A DNA stretch of 64,000 nt from positions 620,001 to 684,000 of the forward strand of contig OZ237745.1 of the NCBI GenBank assembly GCA_965178125.1. The letters are read 5' to 3'. The notes under the pieces were generated by a model. That model was given only the letters and a program-made list of their open reading frames with translations. It was not told the origin of the DNA and did no database searches. The DNA comes from Bilabrum cf. latius. Lineage: Eukaryota. Shown in pieces: positions 1-12,484 of the stretch; the first letter of the stretch is position 1, and each line of letters starts with the position of its first letter. The position numbers were made by a program, and so were the translations under genes.

Positions 1-3000
1 GTGACAGGGAAGCGGACGGAGGAGTCCACCTCGATTCCCGACCCACTGCCGGACTGGAGCACGCGAGCCCCCGTCGCGGCCTGATCCTCCACGCGGGTGA
101 TGGTCACCTCCGATGCCCCTGTCGCTGCCGCTATACTGGCCTTGTATGGCTCGGCCAGGCTCTCGAGGAACTGCTTCTTGTTGACACCCTGCAGCTTCAC
201 GCCCGCCATCTCGACGTACACGCCGATCTGCCGCACCGGCGCGGTACACGTGTTCGTGCCTGCCGAGCACACGAGTTCGCCATCGCAATTCTCACTGGTC
301 TCGCACGCCAGCCCCTGCGCGCAAAGCCCGCAGCCGATTTCAAGGTCCTCGATGCCGCAGTCGATGTCCGTCTCGAAGCCGTTGACAATACCGTCGCTGC
401 AGGTGGGCTCGGCGTCCTGCTCGAGCTCCTCGGAGCACACGCCCTGGTCGTCCTCGAGCCAGCCAGCGTCGCACGAACAGGTAAATACCGCGGGGTCGGA
501 CGAGTCGGCTTGGCACACGCCGTTGCCGCACGGCTCGTCAGCACACGGACCTTCAACCCGGACCTGCCCGCAAAAGTCGCCAAAGAATCTGGACTCTGAG
601 CATGAGCAGACCACGCTCCCGGCATCGCTGACTGCACACTGGGCCCCGTTTTTGCACGGATTGGGGCTGCAGGGATCCGCTGGTGCTGCTGTCGGGGACG
701 GAGTGGGCGTGGCCTGGGATCCAGCTGGCGAAGGCGAGGGGCTCGCAGCAGCTGGCGAGCTGGAGCTGGCCGATGGGCTTGGGCTCGCGGAGGGGCTGCT
801 ACTCATGGATGGTGAAGACGACGGGCTCGGGTTCAAGCTTGTGCTAGGACTTGGGCTGGTACTAGGAGTCGGAGAAGTCGACGGGCTCGGGCTCGGGAAT
901 GCGGCTCCCACCATCTTGGCAAAAGGCGCCTACCCCGGGTCGGTCATCGAGTAGACCAGCTCGACGCACTCCTCCTGGGCCAGTTTTTCGTCACCGACGA
1001 TTAGGTCACCGTTGTCCAGCCGATGCTGGGACACGTTCAGCTGCAACGTTGCTGGATTCAGCTTTGAATCCAGTCCAATGCACGAATAGAGACTGATGTT
1101 GTAGTCGGTTCGGCCGAGGTCAGCTGCGACCAGTGCGACAAGGCCAGATGCTCCAGGCACCATCACCGTCTCGAGCACGTCGAACGACAGGTAATTCGAG
1201 CTCGTGTCCAAGTTGATCGAGTCCCTCTGGATCTGCGCTTCCTGCCTTCCCAGCGAGCTCTCGACATACTGCAGGCCGTTGGTGTCGCCCTCCAGGTCGA
1301 TCGTGTTGGATCGGACCAGCTCTGGCGAGATACAGTCAGCCACGGGTTCCTAGGTGATCGTCATAGTGTCATTCAAGGTATAGGAGTCGTCACCCGCCTG
1401 CGCTTCGCACATATCTCGCACCTATATCCGAGACGTGGACGAGTCGTCCTAGACCAAACCGACATGGAACGATGCAGATGATGTGCTGCTATCAGCTGAA
1501 ACAACGAGGCACATGTAATGCTCCGGATCCCCGAACGAGTGCACCACGAGCATCATGTCACTAGTCGCCTCGTACACCGCTGAGTCAACCACGACCAAGT
1601 CCAAGGGGGCGGCATAGCTTTGTACGATGTGGATCGTGTCGTTGAAGAAACAAGCAGACTCAATGGCACTGGTATCATCGGAGACGCCCTCGTACTGCAA
1701 GCTGGCAGCATCCAACGCTGGGGCTGCCTGCAGTCCAACCATCCAGTCGCTCTTGCTGTTGCCCCTGCACTCGGCATCTTGCGAGCTCGTCAGATTGTAC
1801 GTCTTGAGCGGGACTGCATCAGAGTCTTCAAACACGTTCGTGCATGCATAGTTGGCCTGCATGCCGTTTGAGCGATGCGGCCCAACGCCATCGATGTCGT
1901 ACAGCTCTAGTGTGGTCTTTCCATTCGTCATGTCGAAGACCCCTTTGGCGCACACCCAGGATTCCTAGCCCAGGGACCCATCGCCAACATCCGTTACATA
2001 AAGAATCATCAGCTCCGCAAGAAGGAAACCTGATAATCTCTCTGTGGCGGCGACAATGGCCATCGCTTGGCCCTCGGCTGCATTCGCCGTCGAACCGATC
2101 CTCACGGTGTCTGCCACCCCGCAGAAAGTGGTCTCGCCGCTTGCAGGTGCGCTTTCTCCCGCCAAAAAGTTGCCAGATGTGTATGCAACATCTGACAGGA
2201 AATCAAACGAGCTAACAAACTCCACGCGGGGGCAGGTTGCTTCGCCATCCGCCATGCGGACGTAATCTGACATTCCCTACAGTGGATCGTCTGATTCCGC
2301 AGCAGCATGACAATCGTCGAAGGCATTCTCCGGCCTAATGTTCGAAAACGAACCGTCTTGGCGGAATTTCTAGATGGACCCGTCCGTACTCAATTCAAAT
2401 ACGAAGCAAAAGTATAGCTTGAATTGCTGCACATCAATGCTGCTGACGGCGATCACGGTCGTGCTGTTAGTACCAAGATCGACCACTGCAGAGTGCTCGA
2501 TGATATATGGCAGCGACACACCATTCGCAAGCAGGGGAACCATTTCCCCACTCGTCATATTAGCACACATGCCAGCCACAGCGTACTCGGGATCGCCGAA
2601 AACATCGTACACGCCACCAGCTGCCGCGAGCTCTGGCACCACGCCCTCCTCCCACGCAGTGTTCTCGTACGGGTCGCAAGATTCTCCCATGGCTGCGTAT
2701 GCATCCAAGGCAGCGAACTGGTCTGCACCAGCGCTAGTCCACTCGGCGGTGCACGAGTCGATGCCATGAGACACCGAAAACTTGTATGCGGAGCCCACCT
2801 GGGCGAAAGACGTCATGTTGCCGTTTGCGTCAAAACCGATCGCCAAGCAAGGGTAGTACGGGCCACTAAAGTAGTGGTACGCAACCGCAAATACGACGCT
2901 TCCGTTCTGTCCAAGGTCCACCGTCGTTGACTTCTGCAGCACGTAGAGCTTCTCATCCGTGCCGTCATACGTCTTGACGTGGGCATCCCTTGCAAGCACG

Positions 3001-6000
3001 CAGAGCCCAGGATCGGCAGAGTCCGAAGGATCGTAAATACCGTTAGCTGCCTTGAGCAACGGGACCATACCGTTCTCCCACACGAGCGGAAATGCTTCGT
3101 CACAGGACTTGCCCTCTCCGTCCTCGAGCTCCATGACAAGGTTGGCGCTGGTACGAAGCAAGGCGCCAGCCGGGGTGCAGCCCTCGATCGCGAGGGTGAT
3201 GTTGGTGTAAGTCTCCCGCAGTCCAGCATTGTAGATGCTATACTCGCCATCGTCGTTTTTCACAATCGACCAGCACTGGAACTTGTCGGAAGCAGAGTCT
3301 GAATCTGTGGTGTTGGCGATCGCGAGGGAGATGCTAACGTCAACTGTCTGGGCGGTCCACAAGAACGGGGTTGACCTCAGCCGTTTGCCAAATTCGATGG
3401 AATCAAGCTGTCCGTTCTCGAAGCATGCGTCTTCTGCGCTACCAGCGGAAAACGCCCCGGTGAAGCCATCGTCCAAGTGGTTGGTCGTCATGGATGCGTT
3501 CAAGTTCTCGTTCGGACCACAACCACCAGAGTTGAAAACCGCAGAGACTCCGGCGCTGCTGTCCAGGTCGAAAGTCATGAGCTCATCGTCGCATGCAGCC
3601 TATGATGAGGCGATCGTGTAGCCCAGCGTGGAAGACAAGAAGTAGAAAGTGAGCACATCCTGGCCCGTTTCACTCTGATGCAATGTAGTGGGCGAGCAGA
3701 AGTAGAACGCCGTGCTCCCAGAGTACGACCCATAGATAAATGCAAAACGGCCAGTGGAGCCCAGCTGCCTTGATGCCACCACCGTACGCTCGATCGGCTT
3801 GGCAGGAAAGTCTCTCGCAATCATTCCATCTGACAAGCAGATTTGGTCCGATCCCCTGAACGGAATCTCCCAGTCGTACAGACCCCAGTACGGCGCGACC
3901 ACGTCATCGTTGCTTTGCCAGGTAGCGGTTGTTGGACCCACATAGCAGCTGTTCGTCGCGCTTGCCGTGTACGTGCCAACAGGCTACAGAAACACCTGGT
4001 CACCTGAGCTTGCGACAGCCGCGCAGACCTTCTACATGTCACCTTGCGGGTCTTGCACCGGACGAATCGGCATTACATTATACATGGTACCGGTTGTATT
4101 GCTGCCGTCCAGAACCGTGCACATCCAGCCGTACCTCGCATGTTGGTACGAAATGAGTGACATGTTTGAGTTGGGCAGCATGGCACTAGTCACATTCATT
4201 ACATCCTCGGCGCCATTGGAATCGCGCAGCTGAGCCCGACTGCCCTCGAAACACGTCCTGCCTTCAGTGTCTACGAACAGCTCGCCCTCGAAATCTACGC
4301 CACGGATCATTGCCCCGCTGTTCCACTGCACGCCGGTGGTGTCGGGGCACGTCGTGTCATCTGCGAGAGCAAACTCCACCTTGACCTCTGCAACGGACTG
4401 GTCTGCAGGTTGGTTGGCAAGCATGAAGTCACACGTTGCGATGTGCTCGGGTAGCATATGATCTGCCGCAGAGCCGCTGATGGGATACACTGAGATATCC
4501 ATTGAGGTTGAGGCAAAGTTGTCCGACTCCACGACAACGCAAGCGAGTGCCTCTGAGCCAAGAGATCCGTCACCAGCGTTGTTGACCTTTAGCAGCACAC
4601 CCATAGGCGGAAAGGAGCTGATAACAGCGACAATGCTGCCGGTGGCCTGGTTGCCTGCCGCCCCGAATGAGTACACGCTCTTATGTAGAGTGCACCAGTG
4701 AAGCGGAGCAGTCGAGTTGGAAGTCGCAGCACCGGTTCCAAGGAATGGGTTGGACGCTAGAGAGTACTGGGTAGATCTGGTTGTGTTAGGACAGGCCTCT
4801 TCCTAAGGGTCGAAGCGCACAAGCTGCATTTCGAGAGTCGCAGTGATCGAAGAAGAGCCACTTGCGTGAGACTCGCACTTCGAGATGGCCAGTGACTCCG
4901 CAGAGTCGCGCTAGAACTTGTACCACTTGGCAGTGTCGTCGCCGCCGTCTGTTCCAGGGATTTCCTCGATGTAGTTACACAAGTAGTACGTTAAGGTCGT
5001 GCCCCAGAACGAAAACTCTTCCGTCGTGATGAGGTACGTGACCGGCTCTGAGCTATTGGCGATTGAGCCGCTGAGCAGAACGCTCACTGACTCCGAGCTC
5101 ATGAGCTCGTGAGTGATGAGCTGGTCTTCAGCGGCACACAGCACCAGACCATCCTCGCTGTCCTTCGGCTTGTAGGCTTCCCTCATGTACTTGCGGCTGC
5201 CGGTTCCCGCGGACCACTCGATCGGGAAGGGCGCATCGCAAGAGCCAGAGCTCGACGGGCTCATGCTCAAGAAGACCTACTCAGTCGAGCCGCCGCCCAT
5301 GTACGCCATCGAGGAGCAGTCGGATATCGCATCTGCGGTGTTGTTGTACGACTCTTCGACCTGCACAACGTCAATGTGACCGCCATCAGCTTGGCGGAAT
5401 GCTACACATGCGAATTCGCTGGCCTCCTCTGGAGTGTCCTTGGGAAGCTCGATGACTGCCATTGAAACTAGCGGCTCATACTGGTCCTTGCCGTACGGAA
5501 ACGAGGTGTTTCTGAAGTCAATATTCAACCTGCCGACGAAGGATATGCCAGTCTCTTCGATGCAGGCGGCAGTGAAGCCGGCCTTGCTCGACTTGCTGGT
5601 AACCTCGTAGAATCCGCGTATTGACTGGGGGGAAGTGGCCCCGAAGATCGAGCTGCCGGTCATAACAGGCCCGCAATCATTATCGGCCAAGCTGATCTCT
5701 CCAAACGGGGCAAGTCCCCACTCTGCTTTTTGGTACAGCTCGGAGCACGCTGCCTTGGCATCGGCGAGTGAAGAGTGCAGCGAGCTGTCGTACGCGTCTG
5801 TCCACACGTTGGCCTTGTCCTGCGGGCCACTCGTTCGCTCTACTACCACGCAGGCGTACCTAGAAGCCATGCTGTACCCATCTGAGGCTCTCTCATTCTT
5901 TCGCATGGCAATCAGCTCCCACTCTGGCGATATGCCATCCGTCGGGTCGCTGCTATAGTGTGACTCGGCTCGGAAGCCCTGCAAGTCGTTGCCTGCGTCC

Positions 6001-8300
6001 AAAGAGTAAAAGCCGACGCCCATGCACATCTGGGCGGTGCCATTCGCCACAGTTGGACCCCCGGAAGTGAAATCAAACAGGCCCGGCCGCTTGCCCGACT
6101 AGAGTCGATCGGAGAATTCGTACACCGTTTTCCGCAAGCATGCGGAGTTGTCCCCCTGGTATGAATAGCTGCCAACCAGCGACAGCCTTCCAGACTCGGG
6201 CCCCTCCCGCGCAGCGAGCTCGCAGATATCGCGCGCCTCGTCCTTGCCGATGGTGCCGTCCATGTGGTACACCACCCCCTCCGTGGCGTCGCCAGGCTCG
6301 TCATGGAACATCACAATACACGTGAGCGAGTCATCATCCTCTGCGTCCTCTTGCACCATGAGCATGGTGACATCGAAGCTAGTCAGCTCTGCAGTACCCA
6401 CTAGGGCCATTGCCTCTTCGTATACGCCATCGCCAGCGCGCAGCTGAACTGACAGGTTGTGCGTGCATACCGTGCCGTTGGTGCCGTCGTCGAACTGCAT
6501 GTCGTGCAGGCCGCTGATTGGGGCATTCACAGGCAGCTGCGTCTCCCAAGCAGCAGACCCGCAAGCTTCATCATTCGCGGCGGGAGTCAGCTCGATGGAG
6601 TCGGCAGAGAGGATGCTCCCGTCGAGCACCATGCCCTCGCAGATCTGCACGGCCTCGAAGGTGCCAGCCGCCGTCGTGGGGTTGGAGTGGTCGAAGCTGG
6701 CGCGATACAGCGCGTCCGTGGTCTGGAACAGGCAGTGCCAGGTCAAGTTCTGCCATGCAAAATCCATTGCATCGGTGCTGTCCATCCGCTTGGCCAGAAC
6801 TGCCGTGCCCTGCGTCGTGCCGTTGGCCGATGTGGCCACGAAGGCCTTCGCCTCCAGGTCCAGCCTCTCTCCCCCGGAATAGGTGATGAAAGCGAACAAG
6901 TCCACGTAGCACATCTTGCCCCCGTCGAACGTTTGCACGCCATTCGCGATGGAGCCGTAGTCGATCCATGACAGGGACCGGTCCTGGAAGCTCGCACAGT
7001 CCGACGCGCCGGAAGCCTCCACCAGGACGCTGTCGGGCTCGGCAGGCAGTCCTTCGGCCCCAGTGAGCACGTCTTGACATTGCTCGTAGGCGATATCTAT
7101 GCCTTGAGAGGGCCGCCTGATCGTGTAGACGCTGACCTTTCCCTCGCCGTCGCTCTAAAATGCAGTGCACCCGGCCGCCCACGTTCTGTGGAACGTCACG
7201 ACGGCAAGCTGGCCGGAGCTAGCGCTCGCTGCGAACGCCTCCGACGACGAGACTTCGAGCGTAGATGTGTAGTACTCGTCACTGATGCAAGCCGCCAAGC
7301 CGCTTGCGCTTTCAACATTGAAGGGGCCGGTGAAATTTTGGAGCGCGCCGGCGCCTGCCAAAAACTGCACGCTACTGGGGTATTCGTAACCAGACACGCA
7401 TGCATCGAAGCTGGCAAAGCTCGAGGGGGGTTCCAGCGTGAAGCCAGAGGTGAAGTCGGTCTGATCGACAGAGTCGTCCTGTAGACCAGCCAAGATTGCA
7501 CCGCAAGCCGACTGGATACCTTCCGCCCCCGTGCCAGGGGCGGCGAAGAAGCGGCGTCCCTCCAACTCATCGTTCCTGGTGAGGGCCAGCGAGAGGCAGA
7601 AGTACTCCGTGCTGGGGCCAGTGCTGTTATCGTTAGTAGTTGTCGTGGCCATGGCCGCTCCAAACCAGGAATCGTACGCGAACTCGTCGCCGTCCCTATC
7701 GACCGCCTCCCGGTCGATGAACTCGATGTGCGTTGTTGTCAAAGAGTTCAGGATCGCGATCCGGTCGTTCTGTACGCAGGCGTGCCCCCAGAAATCGCTA
7801 AATTTCACTCTATACGATCCGTCGAAACCAGTTTGCGCGTTGTCAGCGGAGAAATCGATGCATGCCGAGGGCGACGGCGAGGTCCTCGAAATGATATTAC
7901 CGAGGTAGGTTTGCTGCTGCCCCGGCCCGCACGCCGCGATTGTCGTGTCCAGACTAGCGGATCGTGCAGATGTTATCTCAGAGACGCCAAGTCCGCCCGG
8001 TGCCATGGAGAATGCAAGGCAAGTGTAGCCTTGGGAGGGCTTCTGGTTCTTCGCGAGGACGTAGGCCGCAGAATCTCCTTGTGCGGAAGCGATCAAGTCG
8101 AACTCAGCCATATCTGGGAGAAAGTCGTCGTAGTACTTGAATGATGTTGCATCGAGACACGCTTTACCTCCATGGCCGCCGGCTGACCAGCCGTAAAGGC
8201 CAAAATCAGCACCAAGGTCACCATGATCAGGGGACCACCTCAATATGCTATCCGCGCGAGCACATACGGCGCAAAGTAGAAGTGCCGTGGCGATTATCAT
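1..8300 (-). CDS. Giant type I membrane/cell-surface protein, copy 1 (3' end outside window; needs TAG read as sense)
   Basis: ORF pieces 930, 1449, 1965, 2370, 3600, 4032, 4911, 5277, 6099 and 7155 are all in one frame and separated only by TAG. ATG at 8300 starts a signal peptide (MIIATALLLCAVCARA). Confidence 0.88.
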
Positions 8301-8827
8301 CAGGTTTATCGTTCTGCAGAGGGTGGGAGTCTAAGGTGATTTCAATGGTGCATCAGGGTCGCACGTGGCGTTTGATTGGCAGCAGAGCGGTCTTTCCCCG
8401 AATGCTACACGGCGCTATGCATCACCCAATCGCAAAATATAGACGCAAGTGTCTTTTTGTGCATAATTTAAGGCTCTCACTCGACTGAAACCGGTTGGTA
8501 TTGTACACAATGTGAGAAATATATGCTCGATAAACAACGCCTCTGCGGCCACGACTTCGAATGTATTGTTCAGTGAGATTTTGTGGTTCCGTTATTAGGT
8601 TTACTCGCGCGGCGCCGAATCGGTTTCGGTGCAGATCTAGGTGTACGCAAGATTAAGCACGCCCGGTGCTAGAAATTAGAGGCTGGGCCTGACACTGCCG
8701 TATAATTTGCTCGTTCCGTGCTGTGCCGGGGCAGCACCGCGCAAAAAATGCTGTCTATGCGCTGTTTGGGCGTGCGACTGGCCCAACACAGCTGCACTGC
8801 ACTCCGGTTCCGCTAGTCGCCGTCACC

Positions 8828-8888
8828 TCATCCATCCCACTGCAGTCCTCCATCCCACTGGAGTCATCCATCCCACTGCAATCCCACT
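8828..8888. repeat. 18-bp tandem repeat, 3 units plus a partial (TCMTCCATCCCACTGSAR)
   Basis: tcatccatcccactgcag / tcctccatcccactggag / tcatccatcccactgcaa / tcccact. Also at 36401-36461 and partly at 63974-64000. Confidence 0.85.
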
Positions 8889-10405
8889 TCCCCCTATCAC
8901 TCTCTTCCCCATCTGCGTCTCCTTACTCGATCTGGTACAGAGGTTCCAGGTGTCTACAGCGCAAGTGGATTTGGGCGGGGGCCACGTGCTGGCGCAGTTC
9001 CGCTGCGCCCGCCGCCTAGTTCCGCGCATGCTCCGCTCGTGGGGTAACCCCGCGGAGCCGCTCGGAACAAAGGTGCACGTAACCCCGCTGGGACCCCCCG
9101 GGGTCGCTTGCGCCCCCGGATAGCCCCATCGCCGCAGGCCCGTCTTAGGGCGGCATCTGTAGCACTAGTAATACTCTGTACCTGAGCAGGTGGCCCTTCT
9201 GGATCCTCCTCCATCCGCCGCATGGACGAGGTCCGATCCAGTCGGCACCACCAGGCATGGTCGCCCCCGGCTTCAATCGATGGGGATCCCCGCAGGTCTC
9301 CCACCACACCGACGACTTGAAGTTGCTGTGGGCCCTACGTCCTCGCAGGGTGATCCGCAGCCCGGTGCGCCATCGCAGGATTCGCCCCGCTCCTTCCAGA
9401 CGGATGGGTGGCCAGACTGCCCGCCGCGGCAATCCTCCACATCGCTGTCCGCCTGAACCGGGCCCTCCTCTCTGCTGTGCAGGAACCACCAGAAAATGGG
9501 CAGTGCATGCAGACCCACCCGCATGCACTCCCCACCTCCGATGTCCTGGGCCGAGGCGAGCTCTCCACACCTTTGAGGCAAGTCAGTGAGTGCGTAGCTC
9601 TTCCGACTCGCGTCTATGTCGACGTGCCCGAGGGTGTCTTTCGACCCCACGGGACCCAGCCGACGTGGTGTTTCCTGCCCAACCATCACCGAGCCACCGC
9701 TCTGGTGGGGTTATCACCCCCCACCGCGGCCGTGGCTCACGCCGTGGACTCAGCATTTACCTTCCTTCGCGGCGACCAGACCCGACTGACTAAGGGTGCC
9801 CTACGCACCAGGTGGCACTTACGTCACACCCGGAGCTGACTAGTCCCCTACCGCGGGGATCATCATCAGCACCGCCAGAGCCCGGCAAGTCTACGTGCGA
9901 GCTACCGGGGTGGGCGATGGTAGGGTTGCCCCTTGGCGCGTCACCCACTGAGAGCGTGGACGCCGCCGTGCATGAGCGACGTGCACGGGCCCAATGGGTT
10001 GGTCTGGCCCCCACTAGGGAAGGGCACGGTCCGAGATGCAATGGCACCTCGCGTCTGCGATGTTGGATCTGGGAGGTGGGCTGAGTGGCACCCTCCCGGT
10101 TGCTAGTCGGGGGCTGTTGTTGTGCTGCAATCAACCTGTCGCAAAACAATCATAGGAAAAAAAGGAATAGAAAGGAAGGCACCCTGAGCTCTTCGGTGGT
10201 ATACACCTTGATCCTCTGTGGAAGTGAGGTGAACTGCTCGCCGCGCGCCCTACGTTCCGTTTCGCTGCGTCGGGCCACTCTTCCGTGGCCTAGGTCGCTT
10301 GTGAACCCAGTCTAGTCGGCCAGTGCACTAAGGCAAGCCCAAAACGGGCCGGCTCCGAATCTCCTGCCCCACATCAACAAAAGCAAAGTGCTGCATCTTG
10401 AGCAA

Positions 10406-12301
10406 ATGCTGCGGAGAGCATGCCGGTTGCAAGTAAAATCCGAGAATTTTTGTAGAGGTTTTCAATCCTGCACGCGGGCCCGGCATAAGAGATCTGTTGC
10501 TTGCTCTGCGGACCTGAGAGTGTCCAAAGCAGGTTTGCACGTGAGGCACGAAACACTATGCGGGGTATCTACTGATGCGGTATTTCCGGCATGGTGGCTT
10601 GCGCTTGAAGACTTCAGTACGAACCAGAGAGATGCCTAGTCGAAATAGAAGCTGGAGGATATCCGATCATCGGGAGTTGCAGTTGGGGATCGAACTGGAA
10701 CGATCGAGCAAGTGCGTCTCATGTCCCCGTCTAACCGCCGAAATACAGACATCCTCGGTGGGATGGATGCGATATACAGCCATGACGAACAGGTTGTAGA
10801 AGTTCTGTTCGCTGACGGTAGACAAGCCATCTTCCCGCTTGGCTGGCTCGCAAGCCACGCGACATCGATAGCGGACCTGAATCAGGCTGCCGAGCACGAA
10901 GAGTAGCTCACAAGCGCTCTACATACTAGATGTGATGAAATTGGCCGAGGTTCACCGCTGTCTGAGTCTGGTGGCGCGACAGGGAGCAAGTAGTCAGCTC
11001 CAACTGAGACTGCACCTTCACATGAAGCCGTGTCTACCGTGCTGCCCCCGCACACGAGCGACTACAGTCGTGACGTACGATGGTTGCACGATTCGGTCAT
11101 TATAGAATCGCGGGCTTAGTTGCAAAGCGCGAAAGGAGGTGGCACCACAAACACCCACAGTGGCCGAATCTCTGCAACCCTCGACCGAATCTCGCGATCT
11201 CACGGGGCCGCCGTTCCACAGCTGTGGATTGCCAGGGACTGGGGCCGCGACAGGGAGCAGCAAATAGAGGCCCTTCGATGGCACTCCCTTCGTGACGTGC
11301 TGATCCATGAGTCCGCCGCGATGGCCTGGCTGGGTGACGCCAGGACCCTCGGGTTCTCCCTGATGAGCGGGCTGCCCGACCAGGACGGTGCGGTGGCGGA
11401 CGCGTGCGAGCTGTTCGGGCCAGTGCGGGAGACAGTTCCATACGGCCGGACCTTTCAGGTGAAGCACCAGCCATTCGCGTGGAACATGACCTTCAACTCT
11501 GCGGGGCTTGACCCGCACACTGACAACCCGTACAGAGATCCCACGCCGTCCATCCAGCTGCTGCACTGCCGCCAGTCGGCGCGAAAGGGGGGAGAGACCA
11601 CCCTTGTAGATGGCTTCGCGGCAGCCGAGACTCTTCGGCTCCGCAGCCCGGATGGATTCGAGCTGCTGTCACAGTACCCTGCTACCTTTGAGTTCGTGAA
11701 AGGGGCTGGCTTCAAGCAGGGTGGCATGGACCTGCACGCCAGGGAACAAAATGGTGCGGGCGGAGAGCAACAGGCGGAAGGTTCCCACGGAGCGGGTAGG
11801 GCGGCTCGACTGCTGGGTGAAGCCACAGGGGCTGGCGGGTCTGTCGTAGGCGAGTGGTGCCGCAGCACCGCCATGCGGGATACTTCCTGTCACTTGTTCG
11901 CACGGAAACGACTGATCGAGGCGGAAGCCGACGGGAGGATCACCGGCATCACATTCAACTGCCGCACAATGGGGCCACCCGAAGTGCCCAGCCGCCTGCT
12001 GGACGACTGGATGCGAGCATATGACTAGTTCAGCTCCATCTGCAATGACCCTGTCAGGGCGCTGTGCTTCCAGCTGCAGCCTGGATGCATGTACATGGTG
12101 GACAACAGGAGGGTGCTGCACGGCAGACTCGCGTTCGAAGGACCCAGCGGAGGAGGGCCCAACCAGCCTGCTAGTGGGGGATCCAAAGACTCAAATGAGG
12201 AAGGGGTAGTAAGGCACGTGGAGGGGTGCTACGGAGACATGGACGCGCTGGCAAGCCTCCACAGGGTTCTATCAACGCAGTACGGGGATGGGCGCAAGTG
12301 A
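10406..12301 (+). CDS. BBOX1: Gamma-butyrobetaine hydroxylase / TauD-family Fe(II)-2-oxoglutarate dioxygenase, 631 aa, probable mitochondrial transit peptide (6 in-frame TAG)
   Basis: One frame from ATG 10406 (MLRRACRLQVKS, Arg-rich) to TGA 12299-12301; TAG at 10637, 10646, 10904, 10991, 11117, 12026. Motifs LDPHTDNPYRDPTPSIQLLHC (HxD), GGETTLVDGFAAAE, DNRRVLHGR (distal His) and RHVEGCY. N-terminal GBBH-like segments FPAWWL.. and V.FADG....F..GWL. BBOX versus TMLHE orthology is not resolved. Confidence 0.88.
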
Positions 12302-12484
12302 GGACCGAACTCCATGTCATGGACCATCTTGGTTGACCAAGGTTGCATTGTCCATCCCGAACTGGGAATCCAGCCTGGGACATTTCACGATTCGATGATT
12401 GCGTGTACAATTTGGTATTGACGGGTGCCGAATCCGCGACGTACGACAACCACAGCACACCGCTCTGGGAAAGCGGCATCCACC

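Noticed and set aside
97-954. Long antisense ORFs in the track (e.g. 97-954 +, 13525-14445 -, 23294-24316 -, 25409-26314 +)
   Set aside because: Shadow ORFs opposite real genes in GC-rich DNA; Ser/Ala/Arg-rich with no recognisable motifs.
8301-8590. N-terminal extension of the giant gene (frame stays open upstream if TAG is sense)
   Set aside because: No upstream in-frame ATG, and the ATG at 8300 leads directly into a typical signal peptide.
8600-8700. Structured ncRNA or suppressor tRNA (small hairpins such as GCGCCGAA..TTCGGTGC)
   Set aside because: No cloverleaf, T-loop GTTCRA or snRNA signature recognisable; short hairpins are expected at this GC content. No tRNA(CUA) seen in the window.
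8828-8888. CRISPR-like array
   Set aside because: Contiguous 18-bp units with no spacers and no cas genes; eukaryotic context.
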